From Octopus vulgaris (lineage: Eukaryota): DNA of 64,000 bases. Positions 1 to 15,900 of this stretch are shown piece by piece (the first letter of the stretch is position 1; every line of letters starts with the position of its first letter). The position numbers and the translations under genes were made by a program. The notes under the pieces were generated by a model. That model did no database searches, was not told the DNA's origin, and saw only the letters and a program-made list of their open reading frames with translations. The stretch lies in assembly GCA_951406725.2 (NCBI GenBank), contig OX597819.1, positions 74,152,001-74,216,000 on the forward strand. The letters run 5' to 3'.

Positions 1-129
1 TTGTACTTTTCTCTTAGTAAATGTTTTCTCTCTCTCCCTCTCTCTCTCACACACACACAGACACATGCACACACACAAACAGATTAATATAATATATTTT
101 TTTCTTTTTTGTCTCTTAATTATTTCTCT

Positions 130-1934
130 CATTATTTCGCCATTAGCAGAACAAATCGACCCCAAGCCTTATTCTTTACAGGGACGAAACCACACCAGCA
201 TCGGGTCTCAAGCAATGCTGGGGGGACACAAAAATTCATACATACACACTGGCGAAAATAAATGCAAGACCGATGTTAAAATTTCTATTTCTTACAAAAT
301 ATTTTGTTACTAACACCATTCAAATTAACTTTATCGTTTACACCTTATGCAGAATTTATTTCTCTTTCGAATGATGCAGACAATAACTATTTTTATACAA
401 CTTGAAGAATTCTAATGCTAAATTAATATAGACGTTTCAAATTTACCGGTAAAATTAGTTTAAAACTATATCATTACAATTTTATTTAAGGCTTAAGATT
501 GTAGCAAAAATGAGCAACAAGAACGAAATACATATTAGTACTTTGTGCCGTAGCCTTTATTCTTAATAACGGCTGAACAACGTCTCGGCATTGAATTCGC
601 TAAGTGATTACAAAATTCTATGGGAATATTTTGCCATGTTTCAATGATATAATCGAATAATTGTTTTAGATTAGATGGTTTTTTAGCATAGACATTTTGG
701 AAACATAATTCCACAGGTTGTCGATCGGATTCCGGTCCGGGCTCTGGGGAGGCCATTCGATTACGTCATTATTATGGTGATCAAAAAATTCCATAACTTC
801 TGGGCCTTGTGCACAGGACTATTGTCCTGCTGATAAATAGCCCCCGAAGGCATTTGGTGAGTCAAATATGGCACATCATTATCCTTTAGTAGATTCATAT
901 AACCTACACTATTTAGCTTTCCAGCAACTTTAACTAGAGGGCCAACATCAAAGCTACGAAATGCCGCCCGCACCATAACACCCACACACACCGCTTGCGC
1001 CGTTTTTATCAGGCATTTGGGTTGGAATTCCTCGGTTGGACGATGTTTGACGTATGTTTTACCATCTGATCCAAATATACAGAAGCGTGACTCGTCACTC
1101 CAAAGGACCCTGCACCAATCTACGGCAGTTCATTGAGCATGGCTTTTTGCGAAATTAAGGCGTTTGAATCGATTTCTTTCGGATGTTATTGGCTTTTTTC
1201 CTAGCGATTCGTCCATGTAGTCCTAATTCTCTCAAAAGGTTGCGGACGGTTTGTGGTGTAAAAATAACACCATTCTCGTCGGACAATTGCTTACAACTGT
1301 CAACGGCGGTCCGTTGCCTTCCGAAAGTCGGTGGATTCGACGTTCCAACTGTGCCGTTGTTTTTTCTTGGGGCACCAGTCCTTTGCCGATCTTTATATTG
1401 ACCAGTCTCCGAGTATATCTTCCACGCTTGCACGCAAGCCGTTTTACTGCACTTTAGGTGCTTGCTGATGTTTGAAAAGGAAACTTTTTGCTGGTGGAGT
1501 AATACGATTTTTGCTCTCGTGACTGGACTGAGGTTACGTTGTTTTCCCCTTATTAATCAATTGTATAATAACGTTAAATTATAACACTATGTAGTGCAGT
1601 TAGGCTAGTTGTGTGACCTCCAATTTTGGCAAAAAGTTTGCATACATATTACTTGGTCTTAAACTAATCTTGCCAGTAAATTCGAAAAGTTTCTATGAAT
1701 TTAGCATTAGAATTCTTCAAGTTGTATAAAAAATAGTTATTGTCTGCATCATTCGAAAGAGAAATAAATTCCGCATAAGGTGTAAAAGATAAAAATAATT
1801 TGTATGGTGTTAGTAACAAAATATTTTGTAAGAAATAGAACTTTTATCATCGGTCTCAAATTAATTTTCGCCATTGTACATACATCTCTGTTTGTCTCTC
1901 TCTCAATCCTTCTCTCTCTCCCTCTCACTCTCTG

Positions 1935-2000
<66 letters not shown>

Positions 2001-2125
2001 CATATATACGACGGGTTTCTTTCAGTTTCCTTCTACCAAAATCCACTCACACGAGAGCCACACAGTGGAACGGAACCTGCTAGCGTTTAGATCGAAAGGA
2101 ATCTTCTTACCACAGCCAGGCCACC
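130..2125 (-). mobile_element. Degenerate octopus-type SINE split by a Tc1 insertion (pieces ~130-246 and ~2005-2125)
   Basis: Left piece (atcgaccccaag..cttattcttt..caccagcatcgg..caagcaatgctgggggg) and right piece (atacgacgggtttctttcagtttcc..accaaaatccactcaca..cttaccacagcc) match a common octopus SINE as I recall it. The same split arrangement recurs at ~18655-20390 and, inverted, at ~38000-40045. Confidence 0.55.
247..1876 (-). mobile_element. Tc1/mariner DNA transposon with ~220-bp terminal inverted repeats, transposase decayed
   Basis: TIRs ~247-467 and ~1655-1876 (CACTGGCGAAAAT.. / ..ATTTTCGCCATTG then TA). Frameshifted transposase pieces: TVRNLLRELGLHGRIARKK, DESRFCIFGSDG, GPLVKVAGKLNSVGY, YQQDNSPVHKA, LANSMPRRCSAVIKNKGYGTKY. 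Confidence 0.92.
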
Positions 2126-2168
2126 GCCTATATATATACATACATACATACATACATACATACATACA

Positions 2169-2199
<31 letters not shown>

Positions 2200-2479
2200 C
2201 AGAAGATTATCATTTAAATATATACGTGCATATCAAGATATGCAAATATCTGCATGAGAATACATACATAAAACATACAAATCTGCACATATCTATATAC
2301 ATACATACAGGCATGCATACATGCATACAGACATACATACAAAATTACCCTCTTGTTTATGTTGAAATTCCAACTTAGGAAACTTAGATCTAGGTAAGAT
2401 CTGTTCTTTCTCTATTGGCAAGGAATCTTGAAATAGACTGAATAACAACATACATACATACACAGCTGCGAGTAAAGCT

Positions 2480-2760
2480 GTGCGACTCTGACATGGCTGC
2501 ACTCAGTGAATCATCACAGTAAGACGAATGGAAAGCTGGACACTTAAGATTCTGGACACGCTTGTTTCTGCAAGAAATGAGAACGAGACACGCAGCTCTC
2601 GTATTTCTGATCGCATCATGACTATTATGTCATATCCTGATTGGAACACGCTATGTTTGACAGGTACTACGCTGTAAACATGACCACCTCTGACCAGAAA
2701 AAGGACGACTTTTCCAACTAACTTTCCGATGTATAAAGGAGACATTTTCTTATAGAAAAT
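2480..2760 (+). mobile_element. Decayed RTE-type LINE endonuclease remnant within the duplicated unit
   Basis: Homologous to the better-preserved copy at ~56320-56640; retains ISDRIMT. Related copies at ~20590-20800 (+) and ~37600-37820 (-), partial at ~15650-15760. Confidence 0.55.
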
Positions 2761-4015
2761 ATGAGATTCTTCTAAAAGATTAGTAAATACAAGTGTGGCG
2801 ATATAACAGTGACCATTATTGATGTAATATCGACAAAAATATTGTGGTATTTCGATGAGCTTCGATGAGGAATGCACGAGTCCCGGGATATTTTCTCCTG
2901 CTGCATTTTCTCCAGTGAGGGCCGTAGGACATAATCTCGTCATAACATTGGAAGAACGAAAAAGAGAAGAAAGACTTTTCTAGGTTTGCATCATCTTCGT
3001 ATTTTCCTCTCAGTTGTTTCATTCAAAAGAGGAAACGATTCCTTCTGGCACAGGTTCGATGCAAGAATTGATAGTTTCCAACTTTGACTCAAGGCCAGCA
3101 ATTTCGGGGTAGGTGTAATGGATTTCGTCGACTCCATTACGTAAATGGTACTAATTTTATGATGACGGGAAGAAAAAAATGTCCTACTGGTGAGATACAT
3201 TGTAATATAATATATATAAAATATATATTGAAGATAAAGAAATAACTGTAACGTGAAATATAAAAAGAAATTATTTATAAAATAAATCACATCTTTTCTT
3301 TTCATGAAATAATGGAACAAGTAGTAAATATAATATGGATGTCTGTAACGATGTTGTAATCCACTCATTGAACAAAATCAAAAACACAAACAACTGAATA
3401 TAAAATAAAATATTAACACTTTAATGTTTCCATAGAAAAATATAATTCTCATTTATATAATAAATAATAGAAATGATGTTGGCGTATATGTGTGTGTGTG
3501 TGAGTGTGCAGGGAAGCCTTCCTAGTATAATGCATAGGAATATGGTGTATATATTATAATGAAGATTAAAAAAATAGGAAATGTAATCGGAAAATAAAAA
3601 AATTTTAAATAAATTAATTAAGGTAGGTACAGGTATGTTTATATGAATATATATAGATAAATATAGGTACGTATATATGAAAAATATATAGAGATTGATA
3701 CGTCACAGTCCCATTGGTGTAATACCAATAACATCGATGTAACACGATATTAAATAGAAATATTTATTTCATAAAGGAGAAATATATATCGTTTACAATT
3801 ATAAACGTGATAAGAAAAATATAAGATAAAAATTTATGGAAATATTGGTATTTAACGATTAATATAATCGTCGATATGATTATTAAGTGGTGAAGCTAAA
3901 ACACTTCTACATAATTAAAACGATACACTTGTATCTAATTTTTCTCTAACTGAGATTGGTTCCAGAAATATTATAAGAGGAATTATGGTTCCAGAAATAT
4001 TATAACATGGATTAA

Positions 4016-6928
<2,913 letters not shown>

Positions 6929-7031
6929 TTTGTGTGATTACTCGTTGTGAAAAAGGTTTTGAGAGAACGTCATGTTGTATTTCCTTTGCTTGTTACAATT
7001 TATTGTGTTTAAGTGACGATGGAATATCGGC

Positions 7032-7230
7032 TTATATAGTTGTTTTAGCAGTGATAGGTTTGGAAAATCCCGTTCTATGTGATGGCCTTCATGAAGCTGG
7101 AAGATTTACTCTTCCTTTCTCTATTGTTTAAATTTAGTTTACGAAAATTGCTTGCTTTCATTTCTGGCGGAAGTTGAAGCTTGTGCTAATATTTTACTTT
7201 CAGTGTGACAGAGATTTAGGTTTACGGGAA
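7032..7230 (-). promoter_or_regulatory. G1 promoter: TATA box, NF-kB site, STAT/GAS-like site
   Basis: On the - strand: TATATAA 7032-7038, GGGATTTTCC 7062-7071, TTCCCGTAA 7222-7230. Confidence 0.65.
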
Positions 7231-8919
7231 GAGGAAAGCTTTTATGAATGAACTATTTTTATCACAGTATATAGGTCACAGTCCAATTGCTAGTAGGTTA
7301 CTTTCGCTTAACGGGAATGGCCCGAGCGGGGAATAGTGCGTTACAGTTACATGTTATAAATCGTTGGTACTATCGCCGTCGCCTACGTCGTCGTCGTCAT
7401 TATCATTGTCATCATCATGTGTATCAGCTCAGTCATCTTCACCACCACCACCACCACCACTACAACCACTACCACCACCATCACCACCATCACCACCACC
7501 AGAACGAGATAAAGAAACCCATAACTCAAATATCGTATAACTCCCTCAATGACAACTCACATACATTCAGAAATCAAGGGTCTAATATCCCCAAAAACGA
7601 ATACATAAACTATTGAAAATAATTTACAACCAACAATACAAACAGTCACAAATGGAAAAATGTGTTTAGAAGGAGGGGATGGAGAAGGAGGAAGGGGTAC
7701 GAAGCAGAAGAAACAGCATCAATATATGGCAAGAACAGAAACCTACGGCTAGATCATAGAAATCCTTAAATCTACATACATACAAACATACATACATACA
7801 TACATAAATACATAAACACATAAATACATACTTTCATACGTATATAAATACATGCATAGGAACGCACACACACACACACACACACGCACACACACACACA
7901 CACACACACACGTAAGTGTAAGATCCAGGGATGGAGATTTAGTAAGACAGCTTCAAGCAATTCTACGGTAGGTGACTAAGTTTGGCGAATTTGCAAAAAG
8001 AATACAGAATGTAGAAGGAAAATCCGGTATACATGTGTTTCATGGCGAGGGAAATTTCAGAAGTGGTAAAATCCAAGTGAGGTGTATACTGCCACCTAAT
8101 CATCAGGCCAAGGATATCTTCATTAGATTAAAGGTTATAATTGTCTTGGATTGTCTCTGAAGCAAAGACAAACAGGAAAGAAAATTAAACTTCTTAACGC
8201 AAATTAGCTAATTTTCAATAAGTAGGATTTCTCTTTGCTCGGGAAAATGTGTGTGTATGTGGCCCCGTTCATGCTCTCATGCAATACCTAACAAAGGTGA
8301 AATTCATTTGAAAACACATCTGGATTTGTTTCTGCAAATGCTTGTGGAGATAGCTGATATGGAATATGAAGGAGAGAAAATAACAACCACATACAAACAG
8401 GCGCCGTAATAAAATGAAAAAGAAGCGATTCTTTAAGATATACATGGCGTTTATGTGCAGGCGTGTACATGGATCGGTGATATATAAATACATACATACA
8501 CACACAAACACACATACACACACAATTCCCATACTAATATATGTAGAATTAATAAACGAGTAGCAAAACTAGAAACAATTCATTGAGAGATAGAAGTGAA
8601 AATGTCAAAATTCCGTTTCACCTAATTTTCAATAAAATAATATGAAGAAGAGAATGTAATAAAAAAAATATGGAAGTGAGGCGGAAAATTTTTCATTTTA
8701 TTGTCGTTTTCATCTCTCCTTAAGACGTTTTTAGCGACGGAGGTAAAAAAAATATTGTCTTTTGTTCAGTATTGTCTTTTAAAGCAAAGTTAATTTTAGA
8801 GAATTTATTTTTAAAAAATACTTCTCAATATTTAAAAAATGTTTTGGATTGTCTGTTAAGCAAAGACAAACAGGAAAAAAATAAACTTGTCATCGAAAAT
8901 TAGTTAATTTTCACTAAGT

Positions 8920-8929
8920 GGGATTTCCC
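8920..8929 (+). promoter_or_regulatory. kB consensus site GGGATTTCCC in the G1/G2 shared spacer
   Basis: Perfect GGGRNNYYCC match. Equivalent sites at 26545-26554, 31824-31833 and 41249-41258. Confidence 0.45.
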
Positions 8930-9339
8930 TTTGGTCGGGATAAAGTGTGTGTATTTTCTCTCTATCACCCAAGGAGATTCCGGTTTAACCAATATAGTTT
9001 TCCTTACGACTAGGCCAGATTATGTAACACAAGAGATTTCTTGTTTCCCAATTAACATCCGTCTTTATCCCTCGGATATTTCTAAATGGTTGTAACTTTG
9101 CCTAATTCAGATTCCGCGTCAGCTATCTCAACAAGTTTTTACAGAAAATTCGGGGTTGGGGTGGGTAAGTGAATTTATCCTTGCTAGATATTTCTTGAGG
9201 GTTTTTGATTGACGCATGGTGTTGATGGTTGGGCTTTTGAAGACCAAGTCCTTTACGTTCGTGTTTCGAAGAAAGGATTGAGAGAGTCACATTGGTGTAT
9301 GTCTCTATGTTTGCCATTCCTGAGTCATAACTGGTGAGC

Positions 9340-9520
9340 TGTACCTGTAATTCAGAATGTGTCAGCCTTATCACATTCTTTATCATACTGAATCTCCTTC
9401 AGAATTACGTTAAGTGTACACGTGTCTGTGGTGTACTGAGCCGCTTGCACGTTAATTTCATGAAAACTCTGTTCGTTTCATCATATCATCTGGAACACAC
9501 GTCGTCATAACCGACGGAGA
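9340..9520 (+). mobile_element. Old SINE fragment inside the duplicated spacer module
   Basis: Diverged homolog of the body of the SINE at 18178-18558 (gaaattaacgtgcaag..ctccacagacacg..cttaacgt). Copies at ~16910-17095, ~26960-27145, ~40660-40845 and ~47150-47335. Confidence 0.6.
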
Positions 9521-10100
9521 ACCAGGTCGCTTGCAACAAGGATTTCTATTATCTAGTCGAAGATTTCTGTACTTGCCATATTCTTATATTGATGCTGTTT
9601 CTTCTGTTTCGTACCCCCTTCCTCCTCTTCTTTCTCCTCCCCCTTCCCCTCCTTCTAAACACATTCCTCCATTTGTGACTGTCGGTATTGTTGGTTGTAA
9701 ATTATTTTCAATAGTTTCTGTATTCGTTTTTTTGGATATTAGACCCTTGATTTCTGAATGTATGTGAGTTTGTGATTGAGGGAGTTATACGATGTTTGAG
9801 TGATTGGTTTCTTTATTTCGTTCTGGTATTCGTGATGGTGAGGATGGGTGTGGTGGCGGTAGTGGTGGTGTTCGTGGTGGTCGTGGTCTTGAAGATGATG
9901 AAGTTGATACACATGATGATGATAATGATAATGACGAGGAAGACGTTGTCGACGTCGATAGTAACAACGATTTGTAACCTGAAACTGTAACTCACTATTT
10001 CCCGCGCGGTTACTTCCCGTTAAGCGAAAGTAACCTACTAGCAATTGGACTGTGACCTATATACTATGATAAAAATAGTTCATTCATAAAAGCTTTCCTC

Positions 10101-10300
10101 TTTCCGTAAACCTAAATCTCTGACACATTGAAAGTAAAATATTAGCACAAGCTTCAACTTCCGCCAGAAATGAAAGCGAGCAATTTTCGTAAACTAAATT
10201 TAAACAACAGATAAAGGAAGATGATATCTTCCAGCTTCATGAAGGCCATCACATAGAACGGGATTTTCCAATCCTATCACTGCTAAAACCACTATATAAA
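10101..10300 (+). promoter_or_regulatory. G2 promoter: STAT-like site, NF-kB site, TATA box
   Basis: TTTCCGTAA at 10101, GGGATTTTCC 10260-10269, TATATAAA 10293-10300; ATG at 10403. Confidence 0.65.
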
Positions 10301-10402
10301 CCTATATTCCATCGTCACTTAAACACAATAATTCGTAACAAGCAAAGGAACTACAACTTGACGTTCTCTTAAAACATTTTTCATAACGAAAAATCAAACA
10401 GA

Positions 10403-10439
10403 ATGAATAACTGTAAGTATGAGGTCGGCATTATATACA

Positions 10440-10473
<34 letters not shown>

Positions 10474-10968
10474 CATAAACACATATTTACATACTTACAT
10501 AAACACATACATACATACGCACATACATTTATAGGAATACACACACATACACAAATGTAAGATCCAGGGATCGAGGTGTATGAAGACAGTTAATTTCAAG
10601 CAATTCGTAGTAAATATTAAGAAAAATCAACTTTCGGAACAAATTTCGGTGTATTCAGGCGGAAGATTGGGGATTATTTCATCTTTTTTTATCGAAAAAT
10701 GATACGAAGAAAAAAGTTCTTTTTATATTCTACGGTAGGCGACAAGGTTTGTCGAGTTTGCGAAAAAGAATATAAGAGTTACAGAATGGAAAAGAATAAT
10801 TCGGGCTACATGTGTTTCATGGCGAATGAAACCTCAAAAGTGGTAAATCCAAATGAGGTGTATACGGCCGGGTAATATTCAGTCGAAGGATATCTTGAAT
10901 AGATTAAAGGTTATATTGTCATGAGGAAGTAATTGTTAACACATACAAACATCGAATCTTTCCACCTG

Positions 10969-11018
<50 letters not shown>

Positions 11019-11120
11019 GATACACACATATACATACATATATATAGATATATATACACACATACATATACATACATACAAACAAACATACATACATACA
11101 TACATACATACATACATACA

Positions 11121-11154
<34 letters not shown>

Positions 11155-12126
11155 AACTGTCTATTAATTGTTTTAGTCCGCTGGTTTGCGGCCATGCTGT
11201 GACACAACCTTCAAAACTGTTTAGGTCGAATTTACCATCCCGAGGACTTATTTGAGAAAGCCATGTACTTATTCTGTTGGTAACTTTTTACCGAAGAGTT
11301 ACTTTTCCTGTATATAAACACACAAGCATTGGCCATCAAGCGGTACTCAAGAGAGAGCGACAATGACACCGCCCACACACATATACACACATATACACGC
11401 GCACAGAAATATGTAAATATATGTATGTCCCTGTCAATGTATGCAATTATCTATCTCTCTTTCTCTATCTATATATCTATCTATCCAATGCTTTCTATCT
11501 ATCTATCCAATTCTTTCTATCTATCTATCCATCTAAGTATCTATCTATCATTCTATCTATCAATGTAAGTGGCTTTAATATAAGTGGTTTTAAACGCACA
11601 TATTATATATCACATTTACTAATACTAACAACATACACACACATCTTACATATGAATTTACTACTATTAATTATATAGACACATTGACACACTACACAAG
11701 AAATTATGGTTTATATTTAGTGGAACTATGTTAAATATTTGTGAATATCGTTTATTGAGTTCCAAAATGTTCAGCTCATTGTTTACTACACGTGAAAAAC
11801 TAACAGCGACTTAACGACTTATTTCTTTTTAATAATAACAATTCCTTCAATGTCTCCCTTTCCTTCCAAATGTTCCTTAATGGTATTTTTTTCCATTTTC
11901 CCGTAGATTGGCAATATATATTGGTCCTATGTCTCTCAGTCTGGATTTCATTCATCCATGGAGCGTCTATAAAACCGACAGCGATACCAATAAATAACAT
12001 AAAAGCTCAGCTGGAGGCGGCTCGCAGGGCCTCAATAGCCGTGAACACTACTTTGCACTCTTTTGTAAGTTTACATATATTCATTCATATATTATTGTTA
12101 TTATTATTGTTATACTTGATATTGTT

Positions 12127-12167
<41 letters not shown>

Positions 12168-13585
12168 TATTACAACTTCTTATACCACTCCAATAATATA
12201 TTACTTAAAATACTACCCACATAATAATTAATAAAGTTCTCATAAAGATCAATATTTATAACTATTAGTTCAGTGTAAACGGACTTCTACTCACTTGTTT
12301 TCTAATCCTATCTGTCCAAATCTCAGACTCATAATATGTCACGTGTTTTTCTACAGTGCCACAACACTCCAATGGCTTCTGCGGTATCCTGTCGTCAGTT
12401 TATTCATATGATACTCAACCAGACGGAACTTACATTCCCTCAGCTCAACATTCAAGACAATATCACCATCGCGCAGACAGACTTAGTCAAGGTATGGACA
12501 TATTATCAAACACATTTTCTTGAAATATTTATACACTTTTTATCTAAACTCGATTCTATATTTTATAAGAAATCTCAATTAGTGTCGAATCAAATTCAAG
12601 CTTCTCACAATTCTTTATTACAGATTGCTCTATCCAATATGTCTGCAACCCTCAGTCAATATGTTACTGTGTTGAAGAATCAGACGGAAAAAGAATATGA
12701 CCAGCTGTGTGCCCCTGCCAAACGTATACAGACAGAGTGTCATTATCCGGCAGCCTGTTCTAAACTCACTCCCACATCTGATGCCATATTTTATTGTTAC
12801 TTAAAACAAACACTTTCTTACCTGGTTGATACGATACTTTTTCTGGATTCACCGGTAAGTATTATTCTCGTAATATATTTTCCTAGATGAAGATTCACGC
12901 GATTTCTCTTTCATTTCCTCACGAAAAATTAACGTAGATAAATGCCTTGTTCAATAAAACAGCACCAAAATATCCTCATGTTTATCGGAATATATTAAAT
13001 ATATATCTCATAGAACTGATCCGGGAAGATATAGTCAGTTTATTTACAGAAACTGTTGTCAAAAGTCCAAAAGTGCTATTCTTTAGATTCTCTCGGAGTA
13101 ATATATACTCATTTCGAAGCATTCTTTCAAAGTATTCTTGTGTTTCATCTTCAGGGTTTCTAAGATTTCTGTCGTAAAATACTTCGTGTAGACGATAATC
13201 AGCTTACGTTCTACACACTTTCCTCATTTATATGATGTAGACAACAATGCGAATATGTGTAATCTTCGTAGAATGTCTAATTATTTGACGGAATTACTCC
13301 AATTAGAATAATTTTGAACCGTTATAATTTAATAATATTACTTAGTCTATCAAAATATTATACGTAATATATACATACGTGTGTGTGCATATGTGTCTAT
13401 ATTATTATTAGTAGTAAATTCATATATAACATATGTGCGTTTATTATTAGTATTAGTAAATGTGATATATAATATGTGTGTATAAATGTCTCTATAGTAT
13501 TGAATGTAGAGAGAAATAGCTACATTGACCATGTTTAGATCTCATCCACGTTGGGTTAACTATAGATAAATAAATATATATATAT

Positions 13586-13639
<54 letters not shown>

Positions 13640-13933
13640 CTTTATAAGGTGTGGACTGTGAGCCCCGGTAGGTTTCATTGCATGTGTATCGTGTGTGTGT
13701 GTTTGTATGCGTGTGTGTATTAATATCAATTAATGTGTATCTCTTATTTACAATGTTCTTTTCATATATTTCAGATATTTTCAAACATCAAACAAAATGT
13801 CGAAGTGGATGACAGTCTTTTGCTACCGGATGATGTGCCAATAACCAAGCAGCGATGGTTTACCATAATTACACTCCATACACTTCATGAAAATATAAAC
13901 CACATTCAAAATACTCTACAATCCTTTATGTAA
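10403..13933 (+). CDS. G2: secreted helical cytokine-like protein, 274 aa, 4 exons
   Basis: Exons 10403-10412, 11907-12064, 12357-12854, 13775-13933. All introns GT-AG with GTAAGT donors, phases 1,0,0; continuous open frame. Confidence 0.88.
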
Positions 13934-14624
13934 TTAATTCCCGTTATAATACTTCTGGAACCAATCTCAGTTAGAGAAAAATCAGATACAAGTGTATCGT
14001 TTCAATTATGTAGAAGTGTTTTAGCTTCACCACTTAATAATCATATCGACGATTATATTAATCGTTAAATACCAATATTTCCATAAATTTTTTTCTTATA
14101 TTTTCTTATCACGTTTATAATCGTAAACAATATATATTTCTCCTTTATGAAATCAATATTTCTATTTAATATCGTGTTACATCGATGTTATTGGTATTAA
14201 AACAATGGAACTGTGACGGATCAATCTATATATATTTTTCATATATACATAGCTATATTTATATATATATATATATATTCATATATACATAACTATACCT
14301 ACGTTATTTAATTCATTTTTTATTTTTTTATTTTCCGATTCCATTTCCTATTTTTTTAATCTTCGTTATAATATATACACCATATTCCTATGCATTATAC
14401 TAGGAAGACTTCCCTGCATACTCACACACACACACACATATACGCCAACATCATTTCTATTATTTATTATATAAATGAGAATTATATTTTTGTATGGAAA
14501 CATTAAAGTGTTAATATTTTATTTTATATTTTGTTGTTTGTGTTTTTGATTTTGTTCAATGAGTGGATTACAACTTCGTTACAGACATCCATATTATATT
14601 TACTGCTTGTTCCATTATTTCTTG

Positions 14625-15307
14625 ATATGGGCCAGCAATTTCGGGGAGGTGTAATGGATTTCAACGACCCCATTACGTAAATGGTACTTATTTTATGATG
14701 ACAGGAAGACTGAATATCCTATAGGTGAGATACATTGTAATATAATGTATATAAAATATATATTAAAGATAAAGAAATGACTGTAACATAAAATATAAAA
14801 AGAAATTATAAAATAAATCACAACAATAGTGCGACTGTATTCAGAATGGGCAAAGCCCATCACGTCGGGCTTTACAACATGATAATCTTTGGAGCCATTT
14901 CACAAATATTTCTTGAAGACAAACAATTTTTACATGTCAGAGAATATCTGCTCTGTAAACTTCGGATGTTGCTCTCCACGCGTCGTCAAGAGAGCGAGAG
15001 GAAATAAACAACTTTATCGATACGACGATTCCATACAAATTTCGCTCTTTAGACTTCTATAGCTCATCTTAGCGAATTCATCCTAGAAATATATGTGTAC
15101 AACTATTGTTGTGATTTATTTTATAATTTCATTTTATATTTTATGTTACAGTCATTTCTTTATCTTTAATATATATTTTATATACATTATATTACAATGT
15201 ATCTCACCTGTAGGATATTCAGTCTTCCTGTCATCATAAAATAAGTACCATTTACGTAATGGGGTCGTCGAAATCCATTACACCTCCCCAAATTGCTGGC
15301 CCATATC
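14625..15307. repeat. Local inverted duplication: ~205-bp arms around a ~270-bp spacer
   Basis: 14625-14830 (gatatgggccagcaattt..aaatcacaacaatagt) is the near reverse complement of 15102-15307. Confidence 0.85.
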
Positions 15308-15811
15308 CAAAGTTGGAAACTATCAATTCTTGCATCCAACTTGTGCCAGAGGGAATCGTTTTGTCTTTTGAATAAAGCAACTGAGAGGAAAATACAAAGA
15401 TGATGCAAACCTAGAAAAGCCTTTCTTCTCTTGTTTGTTCTTCCAATGTTATGACGAGATTATGTCCTACGGCCCTCACTAGAGAAAATGCAGCAGGAGA
15501 AAATATCCCGGGACTCGAGCATTTTTACTCGAAGCTCATAGAAATACCACAAAATTTTTGTCAATATTAGATCAATTATGATCATTGTTATATCGCCACA
15601 CTTGCATTGAATAATCTTTTAGAAGAATCTTATATTTTCTATAAGAAAATGTCTCCTTCAATACATCGGATAGTTAGTTGGAAAAGTTGTCCTTTTTCTG
15701 CTCAGAGGTGGCCATGGTTAGAGAGTAGTGCCTGTCAAACATAGCGTGTCAAACATAGCATTTCTTGCCAATAGAGAAAGAACAGGTTTCTAACCTGGAT
15801 GTGTGTATGTA

Positions 15812-15900
<89 letters not shown>

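Noticed and set aside
2503-2943. 146-aa minus-strand ORF
   Set aside because: Antisense of a decayed RTE remnant; disrupted in the paralogous segments.
6934-7131. Recurrent 65-aa ORF (..SFACYNLLCLSDDGISAY..GLHEAGR..)
   Set aside because: GTG start, antisense to the 5'UTR and promoter, frameshifted in some copies; recurrence is explained by duplication.
9123-9386. Recurrent MIKNVIRLT.. ORF
   Set aside because: Overlaps an old SINE fragment and has variable stops among copies.
11870-11906. In-frame ATGs just upstream of exon 2 as the true start
   Set aside because: Poly-T length varies between copies and shifts this upstream frame (MFLNG.. vs MVFFF..), as expected for a polypyrimidine tract. 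A better exon 1 with TATA and GTAAGT exists.
12336-12890. 184-aa ORFs (MSRVFLQ..VIYFPR) as standalone single-exon genes
   Set aside because: The first 7 and last 11 codons are intronic (ctacag acceptor, gtaagt donor). They are exon 3 of the spliced gene.
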